Of a stretch of 64,000 bases of DNA, positions 10,701 through 20,406 are shown one piece after another (the first letter of the stretch is position 1; each line of letters begins with the position of its first letter). A model generated the notes under the pieces. The model searched no databases and had not been told where the DNA came from. It was given only the letters and a program-made list of their open reading frames with translations. The stretch is from a virus: IMG/VR virus record IMGVR_UViG_3300025137_000016; one strand, 5' to 3'. The translations under genes were made by a program, and so were the position numbers.

Positions 10701-13280
10701 TCTTCTGCTGGTTCTGGTGAACAACTATTTGAATTATCTGCAAACGAAGGTGCATACGATGGTGTGTATGGTATTTCCTCAACTCCAACTGCTGCATCCT
10801 TTACACTAACTTCTGAGTTTCAGATTCCTAACAGAGTCATAACATTTGATGGAAATTCAAAAGTAAATAGTGGTACAGATAAAATTACACTAGGAACTTC
10901 ATCTCCATATGTTCCTCATAACTTATATCCAGGAGAGCAAGTCGCATATAGTAATGGTGGCAATACTGATGTTGGTGTATTTACTGATGTATCACAACTT
11001 TATGTTATTGCAAATAACTCAATTGATATTCAGTTAGCATCTTCTTATGCTTCTGCGATTGCAGGAACTGCACTTAACTTAACTGCTACAAGTGGTACTC
11101 ATACATTAACTACCAACTCTCTTGTAAAAATGTCAAGAGCTGATGGTAATGTGTCATTCGCTAATGGCGGAAACATGATTACAGGTACTACCACAACATT
11201 CTTAAAAGATTATAAGAGATTTGATAATATCTATGTTGTTGTGAATGACCTTATTCAAGCATTTATCGTTGATCAAGTTATGACTGATGAGAAAATGAAA
11301 ATTCAAGGAACATTCCCAGCTGCTGGTTCGGATGTTGAATACTTTAAAATTACTCAGCTATCACTACGACCTGATGGATTCGCACTACACAAATCATTTG
11401 ATGGTGGTGTAGATATTACTGCAGGAACTTCTCCTAACAGTAAGATCGTGAGACAGTCTCGTAAATACTTTAGATATCAGTCTGGTAAAGGTATTCAGAA
11501 CTCATTTGCGATTAACTTCTCACCTGCTAAAGTTTTAGCATCTCTAACTTATGCTTCAAGTGGTAATGTTGTCACAGCTATTACACAAGAACCACATAAC
11601 TTAGTTGTTGGTGATAGAATCACAATCGAGAGTGCTGAAGTGACATTGGGAGAAAACTTATATCTTGGTACATTCCAAGTAGCAAGTGTTCCTAATGCGA
11701 CAACTTATACTTACACTGCTGCTGGTACTATTACGCAAACTAAAGCTGCAGGATTCCCAGAATATTATAGAGAATCTTGGAACGACTCGTTTGTTAGAGC
11801 TGGTATGTTTGATGACCAAAATGGATTCTTCTATGAGTACGATGGTCAGAAACTATATTGTGTAAGACGTTCTTCTACTCTACAAATTTCTGGTAAGATT
11901 AACACTACTGCTAACTCTCAAGTTGTGACTGGTACTACTACCTCGTTCACTACTCAGTTGGCTGCAGGAGATAAAGTATCAATCAGGGGACAATCTTATC
12001 AGATTGTTGCTGTTGATTCCGATCAAAGAATGATTGTACAGCCTTCTTATAAAGGTGTATCTGCAAGTAATGTTAAGATTACAAAAACTATCGATGTTAA
12101 AGTAGCACAAGAAGACTGGAGTGTTGACCCATGTGATGGATTAGGTGATACTGGATTTAATCTAAATGTACACAAAATTCAAATGGGATATATTGACTAC
12201 TCTTGGTATGGTGCTGGTAAAATTAGATTCGGTTTCAAAGATAGAGATGGACACGTTCATTACAATCACGAATTTATTCACAATAACAGATTAAACGAAT
12301 CATACTTTAGATCAGGAAACTTACCTGGAAGATATGAAATTGAAAATGGTAATGCACCATCATCAGCTCCTACTCTATTCCACTTTGGTACTTCTATCAT
12401 TATGGATGGTTTATTTGACGATGATAAAGCGTATCTATTCTCAGCTAACTCTAAACCAATGGTGTTTAAAGCTGGTCAAACAGATACCTTTACTACTGAT
12501 GCAGTATCAACTTTCGATCTAATTACTCTAGACAATAAGCGAGTATATGTTTATGCTCTACCTTGTTCACAGGCAGAAGCATCAGCGATATCTGTGGGTC
12601 AGTTAATTAAAGATGCTGAGGGTAGATTGCCAGCTGACTTCTTAGCCTATGTTACACAGGTTATTGTATCTGGTTCAAATTCAAAAGTATTTACATCTTA
12701 TCCTGCTACTTCTAACGCACCTGAAACTTCTACTTATCCAAACATAACATCTGGTGTCACAATGACATATGGAGAGAATGCTTATGGTGCAGGGTCTGCG
12801 GATATGACTAGACCTCACCCACTAATTTCTATTAGATTAGCACCTTCAGTTGATTCAGGTTTAACAGGATCTATCGGTCAAAAAGAAATTGTAAACCGAA
12901 TGATCTTATCACTTAACAACGCAGGTGTAACAACAAACAAAGATGTTACAGCATTCTTTATCTTAAATGGACTACCATCCAAATTAGATTATCTAAATGT
13001 TGAAACCCCTGCTCTTTCACAATTAATTTCTCATGATACAGGTGATACGATTCAGCAAGGTACTGTGGTCTTCTCTCAAAAAGTTTCTTCAGGTTCATTG
13101 AACATTGACTTAACTGATTTGATTGATATGGGTAATAGTATTCTTGGTGGGGATTCAGTATTCCCTGCAGGACCTGACTTAATGACTCTGGCTGTGCAGC
13201 CTTCTGATACTTCAGATATTAGCTCTAGTTCAGCATTCATCGTATCAGGTAAGTTATCATGGAAAGAGTCACAAACATAA
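7785..13280 (+). CDS. Very large virion structural/fibre protein (1831 aa)
   Basis: DPVNKLRVSNPENLIDTDFEYG motif, repeated HGL..GD.(V/I) modules and RQSRKYFRYQSGKG, as in marine myovirus structural proteins. Confidence 0.8.
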   Translation: MAKKLIATGYTINASQNQITVPGIIQPVRLLLITDINLNKILYNFADPSTGLSNYSFNYTSDTTTFTTSLDLSAAGVLNSHGLQVFYETDVSKIGFSEAMLDPVNKLRVSNPENLIDTDFEYGLQSSKWETLQTVLNIPTIYSQSGDVPIEQLSAVTTTLNSKQVKVTTTANHGLTLGDPILVQGTTLNAADGFFLVSGLTNSFEFFYEMDTQAESSATISGSYTSVIPAKFFEGSNLNIDLTTTAIETNGADPSIMTVTTSQTHGLKAGTRVYLRQTVGPKNLRIADPTANSSTAPDGGPWVDTRATITTSTTVNATTAIGGGGAQEYPVVTWDWEGTYQLYLQSSMINTGSDRITWTSHGFADNAALLYQTQIRGQTNGGIVDGTVYYVNVVDANTIELYSDYQTLGSRMNLTSFDFTRGHPRLTLVYKIEGNNGNARYTAFYKRNLVEDRAFTNAQATQNTTNSQSFNMSITTSGYTPIKATLTRIYYNGNLNDSDETVAVSITARNYLGLGTGNYNVTVGGVGATSGNIYPNEDVTRCIYQQGSNFYLTINYTPTSSVIETDKAGTVTTDYQLSFYAETDELPTSMNTAHSGSDFAAGNNNFGLGGSQGSKLFAFTGRSTGASGGTSADNYANNNDQARFGTGILRQTGAATGSAVSGILTVNSSDSNNEVYSSNSTHVYYGFANELTSYRNTIYAPAHNFIDGNSAVINVTSYSTTNRFEFADSSGNNVPIANSQFNAVITVISADYFRLQVSESPNTDDITAFPESFVVATATPNTTYNSIYISNHKLTGGNLATYSTAGTQIGGLTGGANYTLQYLNDSRLLIKDPNLSSGSGSATTSAFGSTSNNATQSFTVDIETPLGITPSTATITQIGFRGDFRNNNEYVDLTFSDGDVYRVGATGGQDTNQFLIDESFGSKNISNLLSGSPKTISVTVSPSSQVNFAVGGMSNWWELRFGVSAASGDVILSSAGSGEQLFELSANEGAYDGVYGISSTPTAASFTLTSEFQIPNRVITFDGNSKVNSGTDKITLGTSSPYVPHNLYPGEQVAYSNGGNTDVGVFTDVSQLYVIANNSIDIQLASSYASAIAGTALNLTATSGTHTLTTNSLVKMSRADGNVSFANGGNMITGTTTTFLKDYKRFDNIYVVVNDLIQAFIVDQVMTDEKMKIQGTFPAAGSDVEYFKITQLSLRPDGFALHKSFDGGVDITAGTSPNSKIVRQSRKYFRYQSGKGIQNSFAINFSPAKVLASLTYASSGNVVTAITQEPHNLVVGDRITIESAEVTLGENLYLGTFQVASVPNATTYTYTAAGTITQTKAAGFPEYYRESWNDSFVRAGMFDDQNGFFYEYDGQKLYCVRRSSTLQISGKINTTANSQVVTGTTTSFTTQLAAGDKVSIRGQSYQIVAVDSDQRMIVQPSYKGVSASNVKITKTIDVKVAQEDWSVDPCDGLGDTGFNLNVHKIQMGYIDYSWYGAGKIRFGFKDRDGHVHYNHEFIHNNRLNESYFRSGNLPGRYEIENGNAPSSAPTLFHFGTSIIMDGLFDDDKAYLFSANSKPMVFKAGQTDTFTTDAVSTFDLITLDNKRVYVYALPCSQAEASAISVGQLIKDAEGRLPADFLAYVTQVIVSGSNSKVFTSYPATSNAPETSTYPNITSGVTMTYGENAYGAGSADMTRPHPLISIRLAPSVDSGLTGSIGQKEIVNRMILSLNNAGVTTNKDVTAFFILNGLPSKLDYLNVETPALSQLISHDTGDTIQQGTVVFSQKVSSGSLNIDLTDLIDMGNSILGGDSVFPAGPDLMTLAVQPSDTSDISSSSAFIVSGKLSWKESQT

Positions 13281-13292
13281 GAGGACTCAAAT

Positions 13293-13904
13293 ATGGCATA
13301 TCTCGGTAGAGACATATCTTTCGGAAGTTTTGAAAAACAAACCTTTGCGACAAATGGAGCAGATACTAGTTTTAATCTAGACTTCAATTCACCTAGAGAA
13401 GAAGCACTTCTTGTAATTAAAGATGGTGTGGTACTAAAACCTGGAACTGGATATACTTTATCCGCAGGTGGTGTATCAATTAATATTACAGGTGCTGCAG
13501 TTGCTTCATCAGTAGATTTATATTGTATATTCTTAGGAAAAGAGCTTACAGTACAAAATGTTTCTGATAATAGTATTACTCACTCAAAATTATCAACCCC
13601 AATTAGGCAATCAGTAAAGACTGACACAAGTGTAATTCAAGCAGGAGCAACCTTAGTTTCTACTAGACATTATTTTGTAGACACTACTGCTGGTGCAATT
13701 ACAGTAATATTTCCAACTTCCCCAACACTAGGTGACACTGTATATTTATCTGATGCTTATGGAACTTGGAATACCAATAACTGTATTGTAAATCCTAGTG
13801 GTGCTACAATAAATGGTACGTCTGGCAACTCCACACTATCTTCACAATACGATTCAAAGGAATACATATATATCGGTGGTGCAGCTGGTTGGCGAACTGT
13901 TTAA
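13293..13904 (+). CDS. Virion structural protein (MAYLG type)
   Basis: SD GAGGA; C-terminal YFVDTTAGAITV..P.SP..GD domain typical of fibre proteins. Confidence 0.75.
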   Translation: MAYLGRDISFGSFEKQTFATNGADTSFNLDFNSPREEALLVIKDGVVLKPGTGYTLSAGGVSINITGAAVASSVDLYCIFLGKELTVQNVSDNSITHSKLSTPIRQSVKTDTSVIQAGATLVSTRHYFVDTTAGAITVIFPTSPTLGDTVYLSDAYGTWNTNNCIVNPSGATINGTSGNSTLSSQYDSKEYIYIGGAAGWRTV

Positions 13905-13908
13905 TTAA

Positions 13909-13915
13909 CTAAATA
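13909..13915 (+). promoter_or_regulatory. Late promoter CTAAATA
   Basis: Intergenic, upstream of SD AAGGAG. Confidence 0.6.
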
Positions 13916-13932
13916 GTCGTAAGGAGAAACCA

Positions 13933-14268
13933 ATGGCTGCTATTACAGATATATTCGTTGACCAAGGAACAGATTTTACTCTACAACTTTCTGTTGTAGA
14001 TACTGCAGGATCAGCAAAAAATTTAACTGGGGCAACCATTACAGCTCAAGCTAGAAAAGACTATACCAGTTCTTCAGCGACAGCTTCTTTCACTACAGCA
14101 ATCACTAATGCTGTTGGTGGTATTTGTACAATAAGTTTAACAGCTGCAACTACTGCGGGAATTAAAGCTGGAAGATATATGTATGATGTAAATGTTGTTG
14201 ATAATACTTCAACAACTATAAGAGCAGTTGAAGGAATGATGACAATTAGACCAGAGGTAAGTAGATAA
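13933..14268 (+). CDS. Ig-like fibre attachment protein (BppU_N-like)
   Basis: VDQGTDF...NLTGATITAQARK...GRYMYDV pattern. Confidence 0.7.
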   Translation: MAAITDIFVDQGTDFTLQLSVVDTAGSAKNLTGATITAQARKDYTSSSATASFTTAITNAVGGICTISLTAATTAGIKAGRYMYDVNVVDNTSTTIRAVEGMMTIRPEVSR

Positions 14269-14269
14269 T

Positions 14270-14572
14270 ATGCCAGAAGTAAAGAGTACCATCGCAACAC
14301 AAGAAGGAGTTAATCCTTCAGTTCCGTCTACAGCTACTCAGACAACAACTGCAGTCGCATCTGCAAGCTCTACCCAATCTGCTACTGTTTCTACAGTAGG
14401 AATACAAGGGGAAAGTGGTACAGCTGTTAATTTAGAAGCAGCACAAAATGTAGATACTGCTACTGATGGTTTAGAAAATGGTTCAGTTCTAGTATATAAA
14501 ACATCCACAAGTAAGTGGCAAACAACAAAATTATTGGACGAAGGTCAGTCTTTCGATTCAGGACAATATTAA
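14270..14572 (+). CDS. Small virion structural protein
   Basis: NGSVLVYKTSTSKW motif; C-terminal DSGQY. Confidence 0.7.
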   Translation: MPEVKSTIATQEGVNPSVPSTATQTTTAVASASSTQSATVSTVGIQGESGTAVNLEAAQNVDTATDGLENGSVLVYKTSTSKWQTTKLLDEGQSFDSGQY

Positions 14573-14584
14573 TAGGAGAAAAGC

Positions 14585-16417
14585 ATGGCAGCAATTTTAA
14601 GAATTAAAAGATCGAGTACAGGAGGAAATCCATCCACACTGGGAACAGGTGAATTAGCATACTCGGCTCTTACTGATAACGGATCTAATGGTGGCGATAG
14701 GCTATACATTGGTTTCGGTACAGAAACTGGCGGAAACGCAGCAAGTCATTATGTAATTGGTGGTAAATATTTTACAGACACAATCGACGCAGCAGCAAGT
14801 GCTAACACAGCAAATGTTCTTGTAAAAAGAGATGGAAGTGGAAACTTTTCAGCAGGAACTATTACTGCGACTCTAACAGGTAATGCTGCCACAGCAACTA
14901 CAGCTGCAGCTTGGACTGATGCTAGAACATTAACTATCGCTGGTGATGTAGATGGTTCTGGTTCTATTGATGGTTCTGGCGATGTCACAATTACTACTGC
15001 TCTTGATGTAACAGGTGTAAGTGCTGCCACTTACGGATCTGCTTCTCAAGTGCCAAGTATTACTGTTGACGCAAAAGGTCGAGTCACTGCTGCAAGTACA
15101 AATTCAATTTCAACTTCATTCACACTAACTGATGGAACTACTTCTCAAACAATTGCAGGTGGCAATACATTAACTGTCACACCTGGAGAAGGAATAAATG
15201 CTGTCGTTAGTGCTACTGATACATTAACTATTTCTGGAGAAGATGCTACTGATTCTAATAAAGGTGTCGCATCTTTCGGTGCTGGCTTAACAGTTTCTTC
15301 TGGAGCAGTTTCATTAACAAATAATTCAGTCACGATTGGTTCTGACGCAGTTGCTCTTGGAGCAAGTAGAACTGATTTAAATGGCTTAACAAGTGTAGAT
15401 GTTGATAATCTTACAATAGATGGTAATGCTATTTCAAGTACAGACGCAAATGGAAACATAGAACTGTCACCAAATGGTACAGGAACTGTTGTTGTTGCTT
15501 CTGGTTATGAAGGAAGAGCAGGACTAACTTCTCAGTCATTAGTAAATAAAGCATATGTTGATTCTGCTACTGCTGGGTTATCAGTTAAGTCACCTGTTAA
15601 GGTTGCTACAACAGCAAACCTTGCAGCAACTTATAATAATAGTGCTGGTACATTAACAGCAAATTCAAACTTCGCATTATCAGTTGATGGTGTCACAGTT
15701 TCAGTGGGCGATAGAGTATTGGTTAAAGACCAATCTACTGCTCCTCAAAATGGATTCTATAAAGTCACAGCAACTGGTTCAGGTTCTGCTGCTTTCGTTT
15801 TAACTAGAACTCCTGACGCAGATGCTGCTTCAGAGTTAGTCGCTGGTGCTTTTGCTTTCGTTGAAGAAGGTACTGCAAATGCTGACAATGGTTATGTGAT
15901 GGCAACTGATGGAGCTGTCACGCTGGGCACGACTTCTATTACTTTTGAGCAATTCTCAGGAGCTGGTCAGATATCTGCTGGTGATGGATTAGCAAAAGTT
16001 GGAAACGCATTAAGTCTTAATGTAGATGATAGTTCTTTAGAAATTAACGCAGACTCTGCTAGAGTAAAAGCTCTTGGTGTTACGAATGCTATGTTAGCAG
16101 GAAGTATCGCAAATGGTAAACTCGCAAACTCTGCTGTCACAATCAATAGTAATGCACTATCTTTGGGTGCTGCACTAACATTAGATACAGATGATATTGG
16201 AGAAGGTTCAACTAATGAGTACCACACAACTGGTAGAGCAAGAGCTGTACTAAGTGTCACTTCTGGTACTGGGTTATCTTATAATAGTAGTACTGGTGTG
16301 TTCGCTGGAATAAATTCAACAGCATCTGTAAAAGGTGTGGCGTCTTTTGCATCAGCAAACTTTACAGTGACAAGTGGAGCAGTGGCAATAACTGGTGTTG
16401 ATGGCGGAACATACTAA
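14585..16417 (+). CDS. Tail fibre protein
   Basis: IKRS...GELAY N-terminus; KAYVD and GDRVLVKDQ..QNGFY modules; C-terminal DGGTY. Confidence 0.8.
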   Translation: MAAILRIKRSSTGGNPSTLGTGELAYSALTDNGSNGGDRLYIGFGTETGGNAASHYVIGGKYFTDTIDAAASANTANVLVKRDGSGNFSAGTITATLTGNAATATTAAAWTDARTLTIAGDVDGSGSIDGSGDVTITTALDVTGVSAATYGSASQVPSITVDAKGRVTAASTNSISTSFTLTDGTTSQTIAGGNTLTVTPGEGINAVVSATDTLTISGEDATDSNKGVASFGAGLTVSSGAVSLTNNSVTIGSDAVALGASRTDLNGLTSVDVDNLTIDGNAISSTDANGNIELSPNGTGTVVVASGYEGRAGLTSQSLVNKAYVDSATAGLSVKSPVKVATTANLAATYNNSAGTLTANSNFALSVDGVTVSVGDRVLVKDQSTAPQNGFYKVTATGSGSAAFVLTRTPDADAASELVAGAFAFVEEGTANADNGYVMATDGAVTLGTTSITFEQFSGAGQISAGDGLAKVGNALSLNVDDSSLEINADSARVKALGVTNAMLAGSIANGKLANSAVTINSNALSLGAALTLDTDDIGEGSTNEYHTTGRARAVLSVTSGTGLSYNSSTGVFAGINSTASVKGVASFASANFTVTSGAVAITGVDGGTY

Positions 16418-16462
16418 GATTAATTTCTTAGTAATTTATATTTTAAATTTTAGGAATGGTTC

Positions 16463-18478
16463 ATGTCAACTATAATCAAAGTAAAACGATCGGAGACCTC
16501 TAGCAGTGTACCAAGTACATCGGATTTAGCTGTTGGAGAAATAGCAGTAAATACTGCTGATAAAAAGATTTATGTTCGTGCTGCTGCAGGTGTAGTTGAA
16601 GTCGCTAATAATTCCGCATCTGGTGCTGGTGATATTACAGATGTATTAACAGCAAGTGGATCTGCTCTAACAGGTGGAACAACTTCTGGTTCAGCAAACT
16701 TAGCAGTATCAGTTGACGATTCGTCAATACAAATCTCAGGAAACAATTTACAAGTAAAAGCATCAGGTATCACTAATGGTATGCTGGCGAATAGTAGTGC
16801 TACACTTAATTCACAAACACTTACTCTAGGCAGTTCTCTAACATTAGATACAGATAATATTGGTGAGGGTTCAAACCTTTACTTTACAAATGAAAGAGCA
16901 GATGATAGAATCGCTACTCTAATCTCTAATGGAACAGGACTAACTTGGACATATGATGATACTGCTGGTTCATTAACTGGAGCTGTTTCTTTATCAGGTT
17001 TCAATACTGGTAATTTACCAGAGGGTGCTCAGCTTTATTATACTACTACAAGAGCAAATACTGATATAGATGCTAGAGTTAATAAAACTTTCGTAGATAA
17101 TTTAAGTGTAGTTGCTGCAAGTGCAGGTACTGCTACTTCACTAGCAAGTGGACAAAATTTTTCAATTACTGGCGATGTCCTAGCAAGTGCCATTTCTTTT
17201 GATGGTTCAGGTGCAGTGACTCTTAATGCTAACATTGCAGCCAATACTATTTCCCCAACAGAATTAAATGTCACAGATGCTGCAGGTGCATTACAATCTG
17301 ATGGAGCAGGTAATTTATCATTCGCTCCAGCTACTGCATCATTCGCAGCAATAGGTGAACATGTATTACCATCAGCTGACGATACTTACGATCTTGGATC
17401 AGCTGATAAAAAATGGAGAAACTTATATGTTGGTGGAAATACAATATTTTTAGATGACGCAAAAATTATGAAAGACTCAGCCACTAATCAATTAATGATG
17501 AATGCTGGTGTCACTAATTCTATTGCGTCTATAACTATTACGAATGCTGGGGCTGGTTATTTAGAACAACCAACTATAACTTTTCCCAATCCAGATAATT
17601 CTGGTGTAGATACTATCGTTATGACTGACGCAGGTGGTGGTTATACTTCTGCCCCAGTTGTCACCATTGACGCACCAAGTAAAACTCCTTCTGTACAAGC
17701 AACAGCAACAGCTAACATGACAGACGATGGTACAGGAAATAATACATTCGCAGTTGCTAGTATCACAATCACTGCTGGTGGATCAGGTTATCCGACTGCA
17801 CCAAATGTATCAATAGCTGCAACTCCAAACGCAGGAAGTGGTGCTGTTCAAGCAACTGGTACCACTACAATATCAACATCAACAAATGGTGGTAAGATTG
17901 CAGCTGCATTTTCTACTATTAATGTGGGTACTGGAGAAATTACAGCAATAACTTTATCATCTGCTGGGGCTGGATATACTAGTCTACCAACCATTACAGT
18001 TGAAAGTCCGAATAAAGATATAACATTTAATAGTACTGTATATAATGATTATGCTTCAGGAAATAATTATTATACATTTTCAGGTGGTATAAATGAACAG
18101 CTAGATATTATACAAGGTCAAACTTATACATTTGATTTATCTTCTTCTACGCATGCTACGCATCTATTTGCTTTAAGTGGTACTGCCGATGGTACACATG
18201 GTGGAGGAACAAAATATACATCAGGTGTGACATACACTGGTACGCAAGGAACGACTGGTGCGAAAATGGTATTAGTTGTTGACGCAAATACACCAACAAC
18301 TCTATATCCGTACTGTGAAACACACTCAGGTATGGGGGGAAGTGGATCCTTTACCAAGCTGGCAAGTGGAACAACTGGGGTATTGACTCCTGTTCTAGCT
18401 AGTTATGATGACCAATTAGACCAAAAATTCGCTATGCAACCCTTCTCGATAGCAATGAGTATCGCACTAGGAGCATAA
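16463..18478 (+). CDS. Tail fibre protein with cupredoxin-like domain and C-terminal SIAMSIALGA
   Basis: VKRS...GEIAVNTADKK N-terminus; NAGAGY repeats; H...YCETHSGM. Confidence 0.75.
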   Translation: MSTIIKVKRSETSSSVPSTSDLAVGEIAVNTADKKIYVRAAAGVVEVANNSASGAGDITDVLTASGSALTGGTTSGSANLAVSVDDSSIQISGNNLQVKASGITNGMLANSSATLNSQTLTLGSSLTLDTDNIGEGSNLYFTNERADDRIATLISNGTGLTWTYDDTAGSLTGAVSLSGFNTGNLPEGAQLYYTTTRANTDIDARVNKTFVDNLSVVAASAGTATSLASGQNFSITGDVLASAISFDGSGAVTLNANIAANTISPTELNVTDAAGALQSDGAGNLSFAPATASFAAIGEHVLPSADDTYDLGSADKKWRNLYVGGNTIFLDDAKIMKDSATNQLMMNAGVTNSIASITITNAGAGYLEQPTITFPNPDNSGVDTIVMTDAGGGYTSAPVVTIDAPSKTPSVQATATANMTDDGTGNNTFAVASITITAGGSGYPTAPNVSIAATPNAGSGAVQATGTTTISTSTNGGKIAAAFSTINVGTGEITAITLSSAGAGYTSLPTITVESPNKDITFNSTVYNDYASGNNYYTFSGGINEQLDIIQGQTYTFDLSSSTHATHLFALSGTADGTHGGGTKYTSGVTYTGTQGTTGAKMVLVVDANTPTTLYPYCETHSGMGGSGSFTKLASGTTGVLTPVLASYDDQLDQKFAMQPFSIAMSIALGA

Positions 18479-18485
18479 AAAGGAA

Positions 18486-18492
18486 CTAAATA
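18486..18492 (+). promoter_or_regulatory. Late promoter CTAAATA abutting the gp13 start
   Basis: Five nt separate the motif from the ATG at 18498. Confidence 0.6.
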
Positions 18493-18497
18493 GTAGT

Positions 18498-19469
18498 ATG
18501 GCAAATCCAAATACCAGAGAACAATTAAAAGATTATTCATTAAGATCACTTGGTTCGCCTGTGATCGAAATCAATGTAGCTGAAGAACAGCTGGAAGATC
18601 GTTTAGATGAAGCGATTGAATACTTTAATATTAATCACTGGAATGGTACCGAACGAGCTTACTTTCAACATGTAATTACAGGCTCTACAATAACACTAAC
18701 TGCTGCAGTCGCAGGAAACTTTGAGATTGGTGAAGTTGTTGAAGGAAGTGTTTCAGGATGTAGAATATCTGTTCATAGAAGTTCTAAAGATTCAAGTATA
18801 GTCTACCAACAAATTAATAATAAAACTGCAACTAGACAAGGATTTACTAATGGGGAAACTCTTACAGGTGAATCTTCTGGAACAACAGCTGTAATTCAAA
18901 GTGTTACAAAAGGTGATACAGAAAATGGATATGTTCCTGTTGGTGATGAAATATTTGGAGTAAACAAAGTATTCACAGTATTTTCTAACACTACTGATTC
19001 TAGAAATATATTCGACTTACAATATCAATTAAGATTAAATGATTTATACGACTTAACTTCTACAAGTATAGTTTATTATACTACTGTGATGGGTCACCTA
19101 TCATTGCTTGATATGATGTTAAATGGTAAAACTCTATATCGCTTTAATAGAATGCACAATAAATTATTCCTTGACTTAGATTGGCGAGGAGATGTACAGA
19201 TTGGCGATTTTGTAATGGCAGATGTTTATAAAGCATTAGATAGTACAGAATATCCAAAAGTATTTGGCGAGCCATGGTTGAAAAAATATACTACTGCTCT
19301 GTTCAAGAAACAGTGGGGACTTAATCTTAAAAAGTTTTCGGGACTAGTATTGCCTGGAGGAGTTTCAATGGATGGCGATGGTATATATAACGAAGCCATG
19401 AACGAACTACAAGCACTAGAAGACGAACTCGTAGGAAAAGGTGCACCATTAGAGTTCTTTACAGGGTAA
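18498..19469 (+). CDS. 13: Neck protein gp13
   Basis: LKDYSLRSLGSPVIEINV and LPGGVSMDG motifs; synteny. Confidence 0.93.
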   Translation: MANPNTREQLKDYSLRSLGSPVIEINVAEEQLEDRLDEAIEYFNINHWNGTERAYFQHVITGSTITLTAAVAGNFEIGEVVEGSVSGCRISVHRSSKDSSIVYQQINNKTATRQGFTNGETLTGESSGTTAVIQSVTKGDTENGYVPVGDEIFGVNKVFTVFSNTTDSRNIFDLQYQLRLNDLYDLTSTSIVYYTTVMGHLSLLDMMLNGKTLYRFNRMHNKLFLDLDWRGDVQIGDFVMADVYKALDSTEYPKVFGEPWLKKYTTALFKKQWGLNLKKFSGLVLPGGVSMDGDGIYNEAMNELQALEDELVGKGAPLEFFTG

Positions 19470-19473
19470 TTAA

Positions 19474-20403
19474 ATGGCTGGAAGAAATACTTACATATCT
19501 CAAGGGGTCACCTCTGAACAAAATTTAATAGAGTCTTTAATAATAGAGTCCCTAGCAATTTATGGTCAGAATGTTTTTTATATTCCTAGAACGCAAGTCG
19601 CCAAAGATGAAATTTTAGGCGAAGATCCATTATCAAAATTTGAACAAGCATTTCCTATTGAGATGTATTTTGAAAATGTAGATAACTTAGGAGGACAAGG
19701 TCCATTCATTCAAAAGTTTGGTTTGTTTAACGAGTTAAGTGCTACTCTAGTTTGTGCTAGAGCAAGGTGGACAGAATTAGTTGGTACGCATGGTAATACC
19801 TTTGTGCCTAATAGACCCAACGAAGGAGATTTAATTTACTTCCCTCTTACAAAAGGTTTATTTGAAATTAAATTTGTACAGCATCAAGATCCTTTTTATC
19901 AATTAGGAAAACTGTACACATATAAAATGGAAGTAGAATTATTTCAATATGCTTCTGAAAGACTTAATACTGGAGTTGCCGAGATTGATCAATTTGAAGA
20001 ACTTAAAACTTTCTCTTCTGATCCAACAGTCACTGAAGCTATGTTTGTTGATAGTATAACATTCTCAAATGTCGGAGCAGGATATACTTCAGCACCAACA
20101 TTAACATTTACAGGTGGTACACCTAGCACTGTTGCTACTGCTACTTGTACTATTAATGCAACGACAGGTAAAGTCAATGGTGTTAATATTACCAATGTAG
20201 GAAATGGATATAATGCTGTTCCTACTATAACTATTTCAGCTCCTCCTAGTGGGGGAACGCAAGCAGTTGCAGTTGCTACCATTAAACTTAATGTAGATAA
20301 ACAAGGTGGCTATGCTGACAACTTAGATCTTGAAACTGAAAGACAACCAAGTACGAATGAAAAAGTTGCTTGGTCTGAAAACAATCCATTTGGAGAATTC
20401 TAA
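19474..20403 (+). CDS. 14: Neck protein gp14 with inserted beta-repeat domain
   Basis: RPNEGDLIYFP, PFYQLGK and ENNPFGE motifs. Confidence 0.93.
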   Translation: MAGRNTYISQGVTSEQNLIESLIIESLAIYGQNVFYIPRTQVAKDEILGEDPLSKFEQAFPIEMYFENVDNLGGQGPFIQKFGLFNELSATLVCARARWTELVGTHGNTFVPNRPNEGDLIYFPLTKGLFEIKFVQHQDPFYQLGKLYTYKMEVELFQYASERLNTGVAEIDQFEELKTFSSDPTVTEAMFVDSITFSNVGAGYTSAPTLTFTGGTPSTVATATCTINATTGKVNGVNITNVGNGYNAVPTITISAPPSGGTQAVAVATIKLNVDKQGGYADNLDLETERQPSTNEKVAWSENNPFGEF

Positions 20404-20406
20404 GTT

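Noticed and set aside
14585-18478. Diversity-generating retroelement targeting Mtd-like fibres
   Set aside because: No reverse transcriptase and no adenine-specific TR/VR pair seen.
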